Below, in pieces: positions 11,885 through 24,715 of a stretch of DNA of 64,000 nucleotides. Source of the stretch: an uncultured Chloroflexia bacterium (GTDB taxonomy: Bacteria > Chloroflexota > Limnocylindria > QHBO01). The stretch spans positions 96,001 to 160,000 of the forward strand of contig CAWHAZ010000005.1 of assembly GCA_963827475.1 (NCBI GenBank). Reading direction: 5' to 3'. The position numbers and the translations under genes are program-made. The notes beneath the pieces were generated by a model. That model did no database searches, was not told the origin of the DNA, and saw nothing but the letters and a program-made list of their open reading frames with translations. Within the stretch, counting starts at the first letter, position 1. Each line of letters begins with the position of its first letter.

Positions 11885-12681
11885 GCGGGCACCGCCAGCC
11901 GGGCGGGATCCACGCCGGCGTCGGCCGCCAGCCGGCTGAGCCGGACCGATGTCGGCGGATCCACCCCCAACGCCTCGAGCCGCGGATCGGCCAGGACCGA
12001 TGCGGACGCACCCTCGAGGGCCACTCGGCCCTGCGCGAGGACCACGACCCGCGTGCAGATCGCGGCGAGCACATCGGTCTTCTGCTCGGCGACCAGGATC
12101 GAGGCGCCGCCGGCCGCCAGACCGGCCAGCGCGTCGGCGACGAGACGCGTCCCCGCCGGGTCGAGCATCGCCGTCGGCTCGTCGAGAACGAGGTGGCGCG
12201 GATCCATGGCCAGCACCCCGGCCAGGGCCACCAGCTGCCGCTGGCCGCCGGACAGGTGGTCCGGATCTCGTTCCGCCAGGTCGATGATCCCCACCGTCTC
12301 GAGGGCCTGCTGGGTGCGCATCATGACCTCGACCCGCGGCAGGCCGAGGTTCATCGGTCCGAAGGCGACCTCCTCGTAGACCGTCGAGCAGATGCCGCTC
12401 AGGTTGGCCGCGGCGAAGCCGATGCCGACCAGGCCCGCCAGCTCGGCAGCGGGCAGCGCGGCCAGGTTCCGCTCGTCGACCCGGACGCCGCCCTCCAGCG
12501 ATCCGCCCACCGCGCGTGGGGCGAGGCCGGCGGCCACCAGGCAGACGGTGGACTTGCCCGCCTCGTTCGGCCCGACCAGCCCGACGACCTCACCCGGGCC
12601 GAGGGTCAGCGAGACATCGGTCAGTGACGGGCGGGCCGCGCCCGGGTAGCGGTAGGTGACGCCCACCAGCGTGAGGGTCAT
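11881..12681 (-). CDS. ECF transporter ATPase component
   Basis: MTLTLVGVTYRYP, GPNEAGKST, LSGGQRQ and VLDEPTAMLDP. Confidence 0.9.
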   Translation of the reverse strand: MTLTLVGVTYRYPGAARPSLTDVSLTLGPGEVVGLVGPNEAGKSTVCLVAAGLAPRAVGGSLEGGVRVDERNLAALPAAELAGLVGIGFAAANLSGICSTVYEEVAFGPMNLGLPRVEVMMRTQQALETVGIIDLAERDPDHLSGGQRQLVALAGVLAMDPRHLVLDEPTAMLDPAGTRLVADALAGLAAGGASILVAEQKTDVLAAICTRVVVLAQGRVALEGASASVLADPRLEALGVDPPTSVRLSRLAADAGVDPARLAVPA

Positions 12682-13481
12682 GGCAGCCAGCCCGCCGCTC
12701 GCGCCAGGAGGAGCGCGGGCACGGAGAGGGTCATCAGCCAGCGCGCCACCCGCTCCCACCCACGATCGGCGGGCGCCCACAGCAGGGAGCGCCGGCCGGG
12801 GCGCGAGAAGCCGCGCGCCTCGAGGGCCATCGCCCGTTCCTCGACCTCCCCGATCGAGCCCAGCAGGACCGGCCCGACCATCGGGACGAGGCCGCGCAGC
12901 CGTCGCCACGGGCTGCCCTCGGTGTCGAGCCCCCGCGCCCGCTGGGCGTCGACGATCTGGCCGGCGCGCTCGACGATGGCCGGCACGCTGCGCACCGAGC
13001 TGCTGACCACGAACGCCAGTCGCGGGCTGACCCCCCGTCGCTCCAGGTCGACGACCAGCGAGCCAATGGGGGTGGTGAGGTAGAACAGGGCCAGGGCACC
13101 GGTGATGGCGACCAGCCGGACGAGCGTCTCGATGGCGTAGGCCAGGCCCTCGGCGGTGGCGGTGATCGGACCGATGCGGAACAGGACCGTGGAGCCGGAC
13201 GGGTAGAAGAACAGGTTGACGACCAGGACGCTGATCGCCAGCGGCAGCGCGAGCAGCAGTCCGACGCGCAGGAGGCGTGGCAGGACGCCGGCGAGCGCCC
13301 CCGGCAGGAGGACCGCGACCACGGTCAGCCCGACCGGGCCGACCACGCCGCCGAGGATGGTGGCATTGACGGCGGTGACGGTGGCCGCCACCAGCCGGGT
13401 GAGCGGGTTGAGCCGATGCCAGGCGGTCGGTGCGGGCGGGATCAGGAACGCCGGCGCCGCCGGCTCGGCGGCTGCGCTCAG
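12678..13481 (-). CDS. ECF transporter transmembrane component T
   Basis: WHRLNPLTRL, IVDAQRARG and RAMALEARGF (both ARG motifs of EcfT). Confidence 0.9.
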   Translation of the reverse strand: MSAAAEPAAPAFLIPPAPTAWHRLNPLTRLVAATVTAVNATILGGVVGPVGLTVVAVLLPGALAGVLPRLLRVGLLLALPLAISVLVVNLFFYPSGSTVLFRIGPITATAEGLAYAIETLVRLVAITGALALFYLTTPIGSLVVDLERRGVSPRLAFVVSSSVRSVPAIVERAGQIVDAQRARGLDTEGSPWRRLRGLVPMVGPVLLGSIGEVEERAMALEARGFSRPGRRSLLWAPADRGWERVARWLMTLSVPALLLARAAGWLP

Positions 13482-14639
13482 CCCGTGCCCTCCGCGGTCG
13501 CGGCGGGCGGCGCTTCCGCGGCCACATCCTCGGGCGTTTCGATCAGCTGCTCACCCTGCGGGAAGCGGGCCTTCAGCCGGACCGCCATCGCGACGGTGAT
13601 GAGGTAGACGATGACGAACGTCGTCGCCTTGTCGATCGGATCGCTGATCAGGCCCTGCCCGGTGGTGGCCGCGTAGATGTCGACCCCCGCCTGCCGGAAG
13701 GCGGCGACCAGGAAGTCGGTGCCCAGCGCCGGTCACCCCGCCGAACACCCCGGCCGCGATCGGGGCGCTGATCAGGGCCGCCACGATCCCGGTCACCACC
13801 CCGGTCACCACCGCGTAGGCGGCGGTGATGTCGCGCCGCCCGAAGAGCAGGGCGAAGACCCCGAGCACGGCGGCCACGACCAGGAGCACCGCGATATAGC
13901 CCAGGACCAGGAACAGCTGGTTGTCGCTCGATGGCAGCGGGTTGATCTCGGTGTCGAAGATGAGCTGGTAGCCGACCGAGGCCAGCCACGCCAGACCGAT
14001 GATGATCGCGCCCACCAGCACTCCGGCGACCAGCAGCTCCCCGGTCGGGCGGTTCGGTCGCGGGCGCATCAGGCCGTACCGGCCCGCCAGCCCGGCAGCG
14101 ATGCCGATGAACGCGGCCACGACCGCGAAGGCCGCAGCCGGCGGGTACTGGAACGGCGGCGGGACGACGTAGGACCACAGGATGTTGGTCAGCGCCCCGG
14201 TTGCGGCGCCGGCGATCGGTCCGGCAAGGACCCCGACCAGGACGGTGCCGATCGAGTCGAGGTAGATCGGGATCTTCAGCGCGGCCGCGACGGTCTGGCC
14301 GAGGACGATGTTGATCGCGATCGCGAACGGCATGAGCACGACCACGCGCAACGTGAACTGGCGTGACAGTGAGTCCAGCCGCCCGGTCTGGATCCGCTCC
14401 AGGGCGAACGTCACCGCCGCCCCGACGAGCATCGCGATGGCGAGGATCAGGGCGAACGAGTTGGCCGCGGTGGCGTCGGCACCGGTGTTGGGATCAACAT
14501 CACCGCCCCCAAACCCCCCGACCGTGACGATGCCGACCGCGGTGGCGATCAGAAACGCCACCACCCCAGCCGCTACCCGGAACCAGCCGGTTCCGCCGCC
14601 CTGCTCAGTGGTCGCCGGAGTGGTCGCCTCGGTGGTCAT
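13478..14639 (-). CDS. ECF transporter substrate-specific S component, enlarged (frameshift near 13730)
   Basis: AIAINIVLGQ...LKIPIYLDSIGTVLVGVLAGPIAGAATG; AALISAPIAAGVFGGVTG; shifted-frame QGLISDPIDK. Confidence 0.8.
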
Positions 14640-14666
14640 CGGTCTCCTCCTCCTGTCCTCGGCACG

Positions 14667-15632
14667 TCAGGCCACGGCCGCCGCGAGCCGCTCGAGCACT
14701 TCCTCGCGCATGGCCGGCCCGTTGATCGCGGTCACGACGTTCAGCATCGGTCGGGGATCGTCGTCGGCTGGGCGGATGGTGCCGGCCCGGGCCGGGTCGG
14801 CGTCGGTGTCGCACACCAGGCGGCCGTCGTGGGTGGCGGTCACCAGGTCCGGCCGCAGCAGCGCGCCGACCACGGTCACCGGGTCGTGGAGGTAACAGCC
14901 ATCGATCCCATCCGCCTCGCGGTGGTAGCCGACGTAGAAGCGGAGGGCGTCCCGGACGACGCCCGCCAGCTCCGTGTCTGGCAGGCGGTCGAGGTCGTCG
15001 AGGGTGAAGACCGCCTGCTGGGTGGCGTCCAACGGGAACACCCGGTCCAGCGCTCCGCCCGCGAGGCAGATCTCGGCCGCTTCGGGGTCCACGCAGGCGT
15101 TCCACTCCCCGTGCTCGGTGGTGTTGCCCCGGACCGACAGGGCTCCGCCCATCCAGATCACCTCCCGCGCGCCGCCGGCCAGGTCGACCCCGTTGTTCGC
15201 CGCCGACGCGACGTTGGTGAGCGGGCCGGTGGCCACGATCGTCATCTGCCCCGGGTGGCGGGTGAGGTGCGCTTCCAGGTAGCGCGCGGCCGGCACGGCG
15301 GTGAAGTCGGTCGTCTCGAGGACCCGCTGCTCCCCGCGCAGCTCGGCGTAGCCGGTGCCCGTCGGTCCGTGGGTCTCCGGCGCGGTCCGCAGCCGCCGGG
15401 TCAGTGGCCGAGCGGCGCCGATGCTCACCGGCACGTCGCCGCGACCCACCAGCTGGAGCAGCGTCCCGGTGTTGCGGGCCACGTGCTGGAGCTCGACGTT
15501 GCCCGCCACGCAGGTCACGCCCCGCAGGTTCAGCTCGGGGGCGGTGGCCGCGATGAGCAGCGCCACCATGTCGTCGATCCCGGTGTCGACATCCAGGATC
15601 ACCGGTCGCCGATCGGTCGAGGCGTCGGCCAT
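14667..15632 (-). CDS. Inosine/uridine-preferring nucleoside hydrolase
   Basis: ILDVDTGIDDMVAL, ATGPLTNVA, MGG...GN...EWN...DPEAA, PLDAT and LHDP. Confidence 0.92.
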   Translation of the reverse strand: MADASTDRRPVILDVDTGIDDMVALLIAATAPELNLRGVTCVAGNVELQHVARNTGTLLQLVGRGDVPVSIGAARPLTRRLRTAPETHGPTGTGYAELRGEQRVLETTDFTAVPAARYLEAHLTRHPGQMTIVATGPLTNVASAANNGVDLAGGAREVIWMGGALSVRGNTTEHGEWNACVDPEAAEICLAGGALDRVFPLDATQQAVFTLDDLDRLPDTELAGVVRDALRFYVGYHREADGIDGCYLHDPVTVVGALLRPDLVTATHDGRLVCDTDADPARAGTIRPADDDPRPMLNVVTAINGPAMREEVLERLAAAVA

Positions 15633-15643
15633 TCGTCCGAATC

Positions 15644-16546
15644 CTACGCTGGCCAGCCACCGGCCTGGCCGACCTTGGAAGCGAGCGGCCGACCGAGCGC
15701 CTCGGCGACGTAGCGCGCCGCGGCCAGCACCCCGTCGAGGTCCACGCCATGCCGCAGGCCTTCGCGATCGAGCAGGTAGACGAGGTCCTCGGTGGCCAGG
15801 TTGCCTGCCGCACCCGGCGCATACGGGCAGCCCCCGGTGCCGCCGGTGCTGGCATCGAAGCAGCGGATGCCCAGACCGATGGCGGTCGCCACGTTGGCGA
15901 CCGCGGTTCCCCGCGTGTCGTGGAAGTGCATCGCCAACCGATCCGCGCCGATGCCGGCAGTGCCCAGGGCGTCCACCACTCGTCGGACATCGGCTGGGCC
16001 GGCCACCCCGATCGTGTCGCCGATGCTCAGCTCGTCCACGCCGAGCGCCAGCAGCCGCTCGGCGACATCCGTCACGGCGCGCTCGGCGATCGGTCCCTCA
16101 TACGGGCAGCCGAAGGCGGTCGACAGGTAGCCCCGGATCCACCACCCCTCGCGGCGGGCGTGGGCCACGACCGGCTCGAAGGCGGCGAGCGACTCGTCGA
16201 TCGACATCCCGATGTTGTGGCGGGTGAACGTCTCGGACGCGGCGGTGAAGACGCAGATCGCATCCACGCCGGCCGTGACCGCCCGTTCGAGGCCGCGCGC
16301 GTTCGGGACGAGGACCGGGTACCGGACCCCCGGCCGGCGCTCGAGTCTTGCCATGAGCTCGTCGGCGTCGGCCAGCTGGGGGATCGCGCCCGGGGAGACG
16401 AAGGAGGTGGCCTCGATCTCGCGCAGGCCGGCATCGGCCAGGAGCTCGATGAAGCGCAGCTTGGTCGCGGTGGGGATCGGCTGTGACTCGTTCTGGAGCC
16501 CATCGCGCGGCCCCACCTCGTAGACCCGAACGTCGGCGTGGGTCAT
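15644..16546 (-). CDS. liuE: Hydroxymethylglutaryl-CoA lyase
   Basis: EVGPRDGLQNE, AFGCPYEG, HFHDTRG and GGCPYAPGAAGNLATED. Confidence 0.93.
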   Translation of the reverse strand: MTHADVRVYEVGPRDGLQNESQPIPTATKLRFIELLADAGLREIEATSFVSPGAIPQLADADELMARLERRPGVRYPVLVPNARGLERAVTAGVDAICVFTAASETFTRHNIGMSIDESLAAFEPVVAHARREGWWIRGYLSTAFGCPYEGPIAERAVTDVAERLLALGVDELSIGDTIGVAGPADVRRVVDALGTAGIGADRLAMHFHDTRGTAVANVATAIGLGIRCFDASTGGTGGCPYAPGAAGNLATEDLVYLLDREGLRHGVDLDGVLAAARYVAEALGRPLASKVGQAGGWPA

Positions 16547-16558
16547 GGCCGGCGCATC

Positions 16559-18565
<2,007 letters not shown>

Positions 18566-18574
<9 letters not shown>

Positions 18575-18589
18575 GTCGCGATTGTCGCG
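18566..18589 (-). promoter_or_regulatory. Three GTCGCG direct repeats (9-bp period) over the -10 (GACAAT) and GTG start of HTH-liuD; candidate autoregulatory operator
   Basis: GTCGCG at 18566, 18575 and 18584; the minus strand reads CGCGACAATCGCGACGTGCGCGAC. Confidence 0.45.
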
Positions 18590-18596
18590 GACCGCG

Positions 18597-19394
18597 TCAG
18601 TCGGGGCGCGCCCTCCAGGACGGGTCGCGCTTCTCGAGGAACGCGGTGAGGCCCTCCTGGCCCTCCGGGCTCGTCCGCTGCCGTGCGATCGCGGCAATGG
18701 TCAGGGCCCGGGCCTGGGGACCGGGCTGTCCCCGCAGGCGGCGGATGAGCGCCTTCGCCTCGCGGGCGGCCGTCGGTCCGGCGGCGAGCAGGTCCTCCAC
18801 GGTGGCCGCGATCCGTTCGTCGAGGGCTGCCTCGTCTGGTGCGACTTCATGGACCAGGCCGATGCGCTCCGCGTGGGCGGCGTCGAAGCGACGGCCGGGC
18901 AGGAACAGCGCCCGGGCGTGCCCCTCCCCGATCTTCGCGATCGCGTACGGACCGATGACCGCGGGCAGGATCCCGAGCCGGGTCTCGGTGAAGCCAAACG
19001 TCGCGTCGGCCGTGGCCACGACCACGTCGGCCACCGCGCACAGGCCCATCCCACCGCCCAGGGCCGCCCCCTGGACGCGGGCCACGACCGGCACCGGACA
19101 GGTGTCGATCGTCTCGAGCATGGTCGCCAGGCGACCGGCGTCTGCCTCATTGGCGTCGAGATCCATGTCCGCCGCGGCACGCAGCCACTCGACGTCGGCA
19201 CCGGCGCAGAACACCGGACCGTCACCGGCCAGGACCACGGCGCGCAGGGCTTCGGCCGGTTCGTCGGCGAGGGTCGCGAACGCATCGGTCAGCGCCGTGA
19301 TCAGGTCTGCGTTGAACGCGTTCCGGACCTCCGGCCGATCCAGGACGACCCGTGCTACCGGCCCGAGCCGTTCGACTCGGAGAGGCCCGCTCAT
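18597..19394 (-). CDS. liuC: Methylglutaconyl-CoA hydratase (enoyl-CoA hydratase family)
   Basis: LDRPEVRNAFN, FCAGADV, GAALGGGMGL and FTETRLGILPAVIGPY; liu cluster context. Confidence 0.85.
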   Translation of the reverse strand: MSGPLRVERLGPVARVVLDRPEVRNAFNADLITALTDAFATLADEPAEALRAVVLAGDGPVFCAGADVEWLRAAADMDLDANEADAGRLATMLETIDTCPVPVVARVQGAALGGGMGLCAVADVVVATADATFGFTETRLGILPAVIGPYAIAKIGEGHARALFLPGRRFDAAHAERIGLVHEVAPDEAALDERIAATVEDLLAAGPTAAREAKALIRRLRGQPGPQARALTIAAIARQRTSPEGQEGLTAFLEKRDPSWRARPD

Positions 19395-19424
19395 CGGACT
19401 CCCCTCATCGGACTCCCTCATCGG
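19390..19424. repeat. Short tandem repeat CTCATCGGACTCCC (about 2.5 copies), reiterating the SD+ATG unit on the minus strand
   Basis: The minus strand reads CCGATGAGGGAGTCCGATGAGGGGAGTCCGATGAG. Confidence 0.7.
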
Positions 19425-19431
19425 TCAGGCC

Positions 19432-20228
19432 TCACCGATGGCCGCGGTGGAACGGATCGGCGACGGCCCGGACGCTGCCGAGCAGCGGCTCGGTCAGCCA
19501 CCGCCCCTCGACCTCCTCGGGGAGCGGCGGAATCGGTCCACCCCCGCCGACCAGGCCGACCAGCAGTCCCCAGCCGGAGCCGGTATCGGCCTCCACCAGG
19601 TAGGCCTCGCGGATGCCGGGCCAGTCGCTCATCTCCACGGCAAGCTTCCGCTCGGTGTCCCGCGTCTCGGGTCCGGGCAGTCGCACCCGGATCGTGCTTC
19701 CGCCGGCGGACGAGAAGAGCGGCTCGTCGGTCCCGGGCATCCGGCCCGCAGCCAGGTCGGCGATCTCGTCGGGCTCGAAGCGATACGGGATCGGCCCGGC
19801 CGGGTCGAGGATGACCGGCATCCCGGCGGTGGCCAGGTTGCTCAGCGCGATTCGGGCCGGGAGAGCCAGCGAGCTGGAGCCGAGGGGCGACCACGCGGCC
19901 ATGGCCGCGTGCGAGCCGAAAGCCACGCTGACCGGGTTGCCATCGGTTCCGCGGCCGAGGAGCACCCCGACCTCGACCTCCTCCTCGTCGTCGACGGCCT
20001 TCTCCACCGCGGCATGTGCCTCCTGCTCGGTCCCGGGCGGGACGGGGAGCAGGAGCGTGGACGAGCCGATCGCCCGGTAGAAGGCCCGCAGCGGACCGGG
20101 ATCGTCGCCGCCCTCCGCGTCGCGAGCGGCGATGGCCGCCTCGTACAGCGCGGCCGAACTCTCCTCCAGCGTTCCGCTGGGGACGTCGCGCGCGTGCGAG
20201 CCGGGGAGCGGCCGCTCCTGGTCGTCAG
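19432..20228 (-). CDS. SseB-family protein (start uncertain)
   Basis: AFYRAIGSSTLLLPV...VAFGS...VILDPAGP resembles the SseB N-domain; WPGIREAYLVE resembles the C-domain. Confidence 0.55.
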
Positions 20229-20673
20229 TCGTCGTCCGTGCGCTCCGGTGGAGTGGTGGGCCAGGGGTCGGATGGCGTCGACGTGGAGGCCGGCGGGGTG
20301 GTCGAAGCGGGGATCGTGGGCTCCCCAGCGCGCTCCAGCGCGGACGCGGTCGCCGGAGTGCTCGCCGGCGCCCCGGCAGCTGCAGCTCGGCCGCAGATGC
20401 CGACTCGGCCGCGGGCGCCGACTCGGCCGCGGGCGCCGACTCGGCCGGTGCCGCCGCTGCTGGCGCGGCCGCAGCCAGAGCCTCTGCCGCCTCGCGGCGT
20501 CCGCGCCGCTGAGCGCCGAACAGGACCGTGATCAGGCCCAGGGCGGCGACGATGATGCCGGCCCACGGCTGATAGGGGTCGACGAAGTCCATCAGCGTGA
20601 ACTGGAGGTTGAGGTAGGGGAGCACCAGGGAGCCAGCTCCCAGGATGACGAGCAGGACACCGAAGCTGATCAT
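20225..20673 (-). CDS. Small two-TM membrane protein with an Ala/Pro-rich tail (frameshift)
   Basis: MISFGVLLVILGAGSLVLPYLNLQFTLMDFVDPYQPWAGIIVAALGL; the tail ends in the frame of ORF 20225..20566. Confidence 0.65.
20399..20447. repeat. 18-bp tandem repeat GCCGACTCGGCCGCGGGC (about 2.7 copies) encoding AESAPA units
   Basis: Directly visible at 20399, 20417 and 20435. Confidence 0.8.
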
Positions 20674-20712
20674 GGGCGTGATCCTCCGTTTCGGGCCGGG
20701 TTTCGGTCCAGT

Positions 20713-21358
20713 CTAGCCATCCACCACACGCCGCTCCTGCAAACCGACGCTTTCCAGCTCGGCGCGCGCCAGCCGATCGTAGCGACCGCCGACGAAGTCG
20801 CCAATGGGGTCCGGCGACTGCTCCAGCAGGTCGGCATAGTCCAGCCGGTACAGCGCGCGGGCGGCGAGCACGCGTTGCAGGTCCGCGTCCGCCACCTCCG
20901 AGGCCCGCACGGCGGGCGACTGACGAATCGCGCGGTCACTCGGCGTTCAACTCCGACCACCGACGGCGCCGCCACGGGAGATACCGATTCAGCCACGGAA
21001 TGAGGGCGACCGCCACCAGCAGCAGTCCGAGCACGGCCGCGATGATGAGCAGCAGCCGCTCGAGGTCGGCACCGGCATCCACCAGCGGACCGCCAATCCC
21101 CCGGAACGCATCGCCCACCAGGTTGCCTGCCCCCTCGCCCACCAGCGGGACCTGGGACAGGATGCCCTCGAGGGTGTTCGCCGCCGACTGGAAGCTCTCC
21201 CCCGCGTCGCCGATGCTCGTCCCCACCACCGCCAACTCGGACAGCGCGTCGTACAGCGGGATCCCGAGGTAGGCCCAGAAGGCGACCCACACGGCGGTGG
21301 CGAGGTCCGCCACGACCTCCTGCGTCCGGCGCTTCGGGACCTCGCTCCAGACCCGCAT
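20713..21358 (-). CDS. Hypothetical membrane protein (frameshift near 20940)
   Basis: MRVWSEVPKRRTQEVVADL...VPLVG...PWLNRYLPWR continues as LQRVLAARAL...RLARAELESVGL; TAGGCT lies 6 nt before the ATG. Confidence 0.7.
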
Positions 21359-21367
21359 CGGGGCAGC

Positions 21368-22380
21368 CTAACCGGTGTGGGGCTTCGGCTGGCGAAATCG
21401 GTTCGGCGCGGTCGACTTCGGGTGGTTGAACGGCGGATCGCCCAGTGGCAAGAGGTCATACGCGGCGATGTTCTTGCGATCGCTGCACAGCCCCCAGGTC
21501 CCGTCCTTCAGCGTCGGATGCCCGATGAAGGGGCGCAAGCGCTTCCGGTTCGAGCTGGCACATTTGGATCAGCATCAGCCGCTCGAGCTTCGGGGCTTCC
21601 GACAGCGAAGCCAGATCGGTGATGCCCTTCATCGTATCGAGCGCCGCCGAGCGCAGGTGCCGCGATCGGGCGAAGGATGGCAGTGCGGTCACATGCGAAA
21701 GCGTCTGGAGGAAGAAGCTGCTCCAGCGTTTCCACGCCGGCCAGAGCTGACACGTCGTCTATGCCGCGGATCCGCCACAGCTCGACGTACGTCAGGCGCC
21801 CAATCTGCGGCAGGAGCGAAACATCGCGAGTGCCCGCCGAGCTTGATGTCGAGCGACGTCAGTCGGCGCAGTGGCACCAGCGGCAGATAAATCCGGCAGT
21901 GTGATCGACCGCAGAGTGAGATCCTCGAGCGCCTCCAGCTCGCCGATCGCCCCGAAGTCCTTCTGCTGCCCCTCCAGGTACAGCGTTCGGAGCCGGCGGA
22001 AATCTCCTCAGGTTGCGGAGCGAAAACCGCTTTGACCGCGTCCAGCCGATGAGCAGGTTTTCGAGCTCGTCGGAGAGCATGGACAATTCCATCCAGGCTC
22101 GGCAGCTCGTAGATGGCATCGACGGCGAAGTGGCGCAGCCTGGGGAAGAAGCGCAGAAATTCGAGGTCGCTGGATGGACTCGTCGTATCCGCCGTACACG
22201 CGGAGCTTGATATGCGGGTAGTCGGCCATGAAGTCCGCCAGTCGGCGGAAGTCGGCATCGGTCAGGCGGGAACTGATCTGCACGGTCGTGTGCTCCGGCA
22301 CCAGCGGCGCGAGATCATCGTGGAATCAGCGGGGAGCACACCTCGCGCAGGGTCGGGCCGGGGAACCGCCTGCCGCCCAC
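21368..22380 (-). CDS. Leucine-rich-repeat protein (multiple frameshifts)
   Basis: Stitched across frames: DLEFLRFFPRLRHFAV, LRTLYLEG, LEALEDLTLRSI, LRRLTSLDIKLGG, LTYVELWRI and LSEAPKLERLML. Confidence 0.65.
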
Positions 22381-22383
22381 CTG

Positions 22384-23982
22384 CTACATCCGGAACACGC
22401 CGAAGCGCGGCTCCGGAATCGGCGCGTTCAGCGCGGCGCTGATGCCCATGGCCAGCACGCGCCGGGTGTCCATCGGGTCGATCACCCCGTCGTCCCACAG
22501 GCGGGCCGTCGAGAAGTAGGGCGAGCCCTGGCGCTCGTACTCGGCCAGGATCGGCGCCTCGAAGGCGTCGCGGTCGGCATCGGTCTCGAACCCGCCGCGA
22601 ACGGTGGACAGGACGCGGGCCGCCTGCGGCCCGCCCATGACGCTGATCCGGGCGTTCGGCCACATCCACAGCTGGCGGGGGCTGTATGCCCGCCCCGCCA
22701 TGCCGTAGTTCCCGGCCCCGAAGGAGCCGCCGATGATGACCGTGAACTTGGGCACGGCCGTGGTCGAGACCGCGGTCACCAGCTTCGCGCCGTCCTTGGC
22801 CAGGCCGCCGGCCTCGTACTCGCGCCCGACCATGAAGCCGGTGATGTTCTGGAGGAACACGAGCGGGATCTTCCGTTGCGAGGCGAGCTCGATGAAGTGG
22901 GCGCCCTTCAGCGCCGACTCGCGGAACAGGATCCCGTTGTTGGCCAGGATCCCGACCGGGTAGCCCTCCAGCCGAGCGAAGCCGCAGACCAGGGTCTCCC
23001 CGTACCGCTCCTTGAACTCGTGGAGCTCGCTGTCGTCCACCAGGCGGGCGATGACCTCGTGGACGTCGTATGCCACCCGCGGATCGGCCGGAATGACCCC
23101 GTACAGCTCGTCCGGACTGACCGATGGCGGCCGCGGCGCGTCCGCCTCCCACGGCGGCTCCGGCTTGCGCCAGGCCAGGTTGCGCACGATGGAGCGACCG
23201 ATGGCCAGGGCGTGCTCGTCGGTCAGGGCGTAGTGGTCGGCCACGCCGCTGGTCACGGTGTGGACCTCCGCCCCACCCAGGTCCTCCGCGCTCACCTCTT
23301 CCCCGGTGGCGGCCTTCACCAGCGGCGGGCCGCCGATGAAGATGGCGCCGGTTCCGCGGACGATGACCGTCTCGTCGCTCATGGCCGGGACGTACGCCCC
23401 GCCGGCCGTCGACTGGCCCATCACGATCGCGATCTGCGGGATTCCGCGCGAGGACAGCTGGGCCTGGTTGAAGAAGATCCGGCCGAAGTGCTCGCGGTCG
23501 GGGAACACCTCGTCCTGGAGGGGGAGGAACGCCCCGCCGCTGTCCACCAGATAAAGGCACGGCAGCCGGTTCTCGAGCGCGATCTCCTGGGCGCGGAGGT
23601 GCTTCTTGACCGTCATCGGGTAGTACGTGCCGCCCTTGACCGTGGCGTCGTTGGCCACGATCACGCACTCCACGCCCTCTACCTGACCGATGCCGGTGAC
23701 GATTCCCGCTCCCGGCGCCTCGTCGTCGTACAGGCCGGTGGCGGCCAGGGCCGAGAGCTCGAGGAAGGCCGTGCCCGGGTCGATCAGGCGGTCCACCCGC
23801 TCGCGGACGGGGAGCTTGCCGCGCTCCCGATGGCGGGCGATGGCCTTCTCGTCACCTCCCGCTCCGTTGCCCGCGACCAGCGCAGTCCGCTCGCGGAGAT
23901 CGTGGACCAGGGCCCGCATCGCGTCGGCGTTGGCGGTGAACACGTCCGAGCTCGGGTCCAGGGCGGAGCGGAGGACGGCCAT
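22384..23982 (-). CDS. liuB: 3-methylcrotonyl-CoA carboxylase beta (carboxyltransferase) subunit
   Basis: [50 protein letters not shown] and [13 protein letters not shown]. Confidence 0.95.
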   Translation of the reverse strand: MAVLRSALDPSSDVFTANADAMRALVHDLRERTALVAGNGAGGDEKAIARHRERGKLPVRERVDRLIDPGTAFLELSALAATGLYDDEAPGAGIVTGIGQVEGVECVIVANDATVKGGTYYPMTVKKHLRAQEIALENRLPCLYLVDSGGAFLPLQDEVFPDREHFGRIFFNQAQLSSRGIPQIAIVMGQSTAGGAYVPAMSDETVIVRGTGAIFIGGPPLVKAATGEEVSAEDLGGAEVHTVTSGVADHYALTDEHALAIGRSIVRNLAWRKPEPPWEADAPRPPSVSPDELYGVIPADPRVAYDVHEVIARLVDDSELHEFKERYGETLVCGFARLEGYPVGILANNGILFRESALKGAHFIELASQRKIPLVFLQNITGFMVGREYEAGGLAKDGAKLVTAVSTTAVPKFTVIIGGSFGAGNYGMAGRAYSPRQLWMWPNARISVMGGPQAARVLSTVRGGFETDADRDAFEAPILAEYERQGSPYFSTARLWDDGVIDPMDTRRVLAMGISAALNAPIPEPRFGVFRM

Positions 23983-24030
23983 TACCGTCCGATTATCGCG
24001 GCGCTGCATCGGCGCGCAGGCGTCGGCCTC

Positions 24031-24098
24031 GCGTTGCACCGCTTCGTGGTAACCGAGGTGGCCGAGCGTGGTTACCGCGTTACCACGAATGCTGGCGA
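24031..24098. repeat. Palindromic intergenic repeat, copy A (REP/MITE-like)
   Basis: GCGTTGCACCGCTTCGTGGTAAC...GTTACCACGAATGCTGGCGA; homologous to 30901-30975. Confidence 0.7.
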
Positions 24099-24154
24099 GG
24101 AGAGGCTGGTCGGTTGCTCGGCCGGCTGCGGGTTGGCCGCGTTGGGCCGGATCC

Positions 24155-24715
24155 TCAGGCCAGGCTGACCAGCGGGACGATGTTGCTCATGTGGGCCGAG
24201 TTGGCGATCACGACCGAGACCACGTGCTCGAAGGCGGGTTCCCCGTGGTGCAGGAGGTGCGCCTCGGTGAGCGGAATGAATCCCTGCATCTGGAACGGCT
24301 CGGGGAACGGTGCGCCAGGCGCCATGTGCAGGTTGCCGGTGATGGTGAAGGGCCCGACGTCCGCGGCGACGCGCTGGATCCGGCGGTGGAGCCGCAGCTG
24401 GCGGTTCGTCCGCCATTCGGGCGGCATGACCACGACCACGTCATCGGTCTTCACCGAGCGCCACTCCCCGGACCTGTCGAGCATGGGGGGATGCATGGTC
24501 ATGCCGTCGCCGCCCGCGCTCGGCTGCCACAGTCGCAGCTCGTCATTGGCGAGCAGCAGGTCGGTGACGCGCTGCCCGTTCGACGCGATCCAGCCCACCA
24601 CCCGCGTGTCGGCGGTGTACAGCTCGATGGGAGCGAGGTCGGTGCCGTTGGCCAGGGCGGCCGACCCGGAAGTCGCCGACCCACCACTCCCTCGCCGCCA
24701 GTTCCAGAAGGTCAC
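24155..24715 (-). CDS. Hypothetical protein (possibly DUF6812-like tandem beta domains)
   Basis: [12 protein letters not shown]...RVTDLL and [10 protein letters not shown]...FIPLTEA segments; coding-like composition. Confidence 0.65.
   Translation of the reverse strand: MTFWNWRRGSGGSATSGSAALANGTDLAPIELYTADTRVVGWIASNGQRVTDLLLANDELRLWQPSAGGDGMTMHPPMLDRSGEWRSVKTDDVVVVMPPEWRTNRQLRLHRRIQRVAADVGPFTITGNLHMAPGAPFPEPFQMQGFIPLTEAHLLHHGEPAFEHVVSVVIANSAHMSNIVPLVSLA

Noticed and set aside
19432-20673. Apparent fusion of the membrane protein with the SseB-like protein
   Set aside because: The middle of the ORF reads as off-frame Arg/Pro-rich sequence, and an alternative frame stops at 20225
18646-21003. 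Long antisense or overlapping ORFs (e.g. 18646..21003, 22228..24168, 54021..55955, and the N-terminal part of 46555..50004)
   Set aside because: Shadow ORFs expected in high-GC DNA opposite real genes; no recognisable motifs
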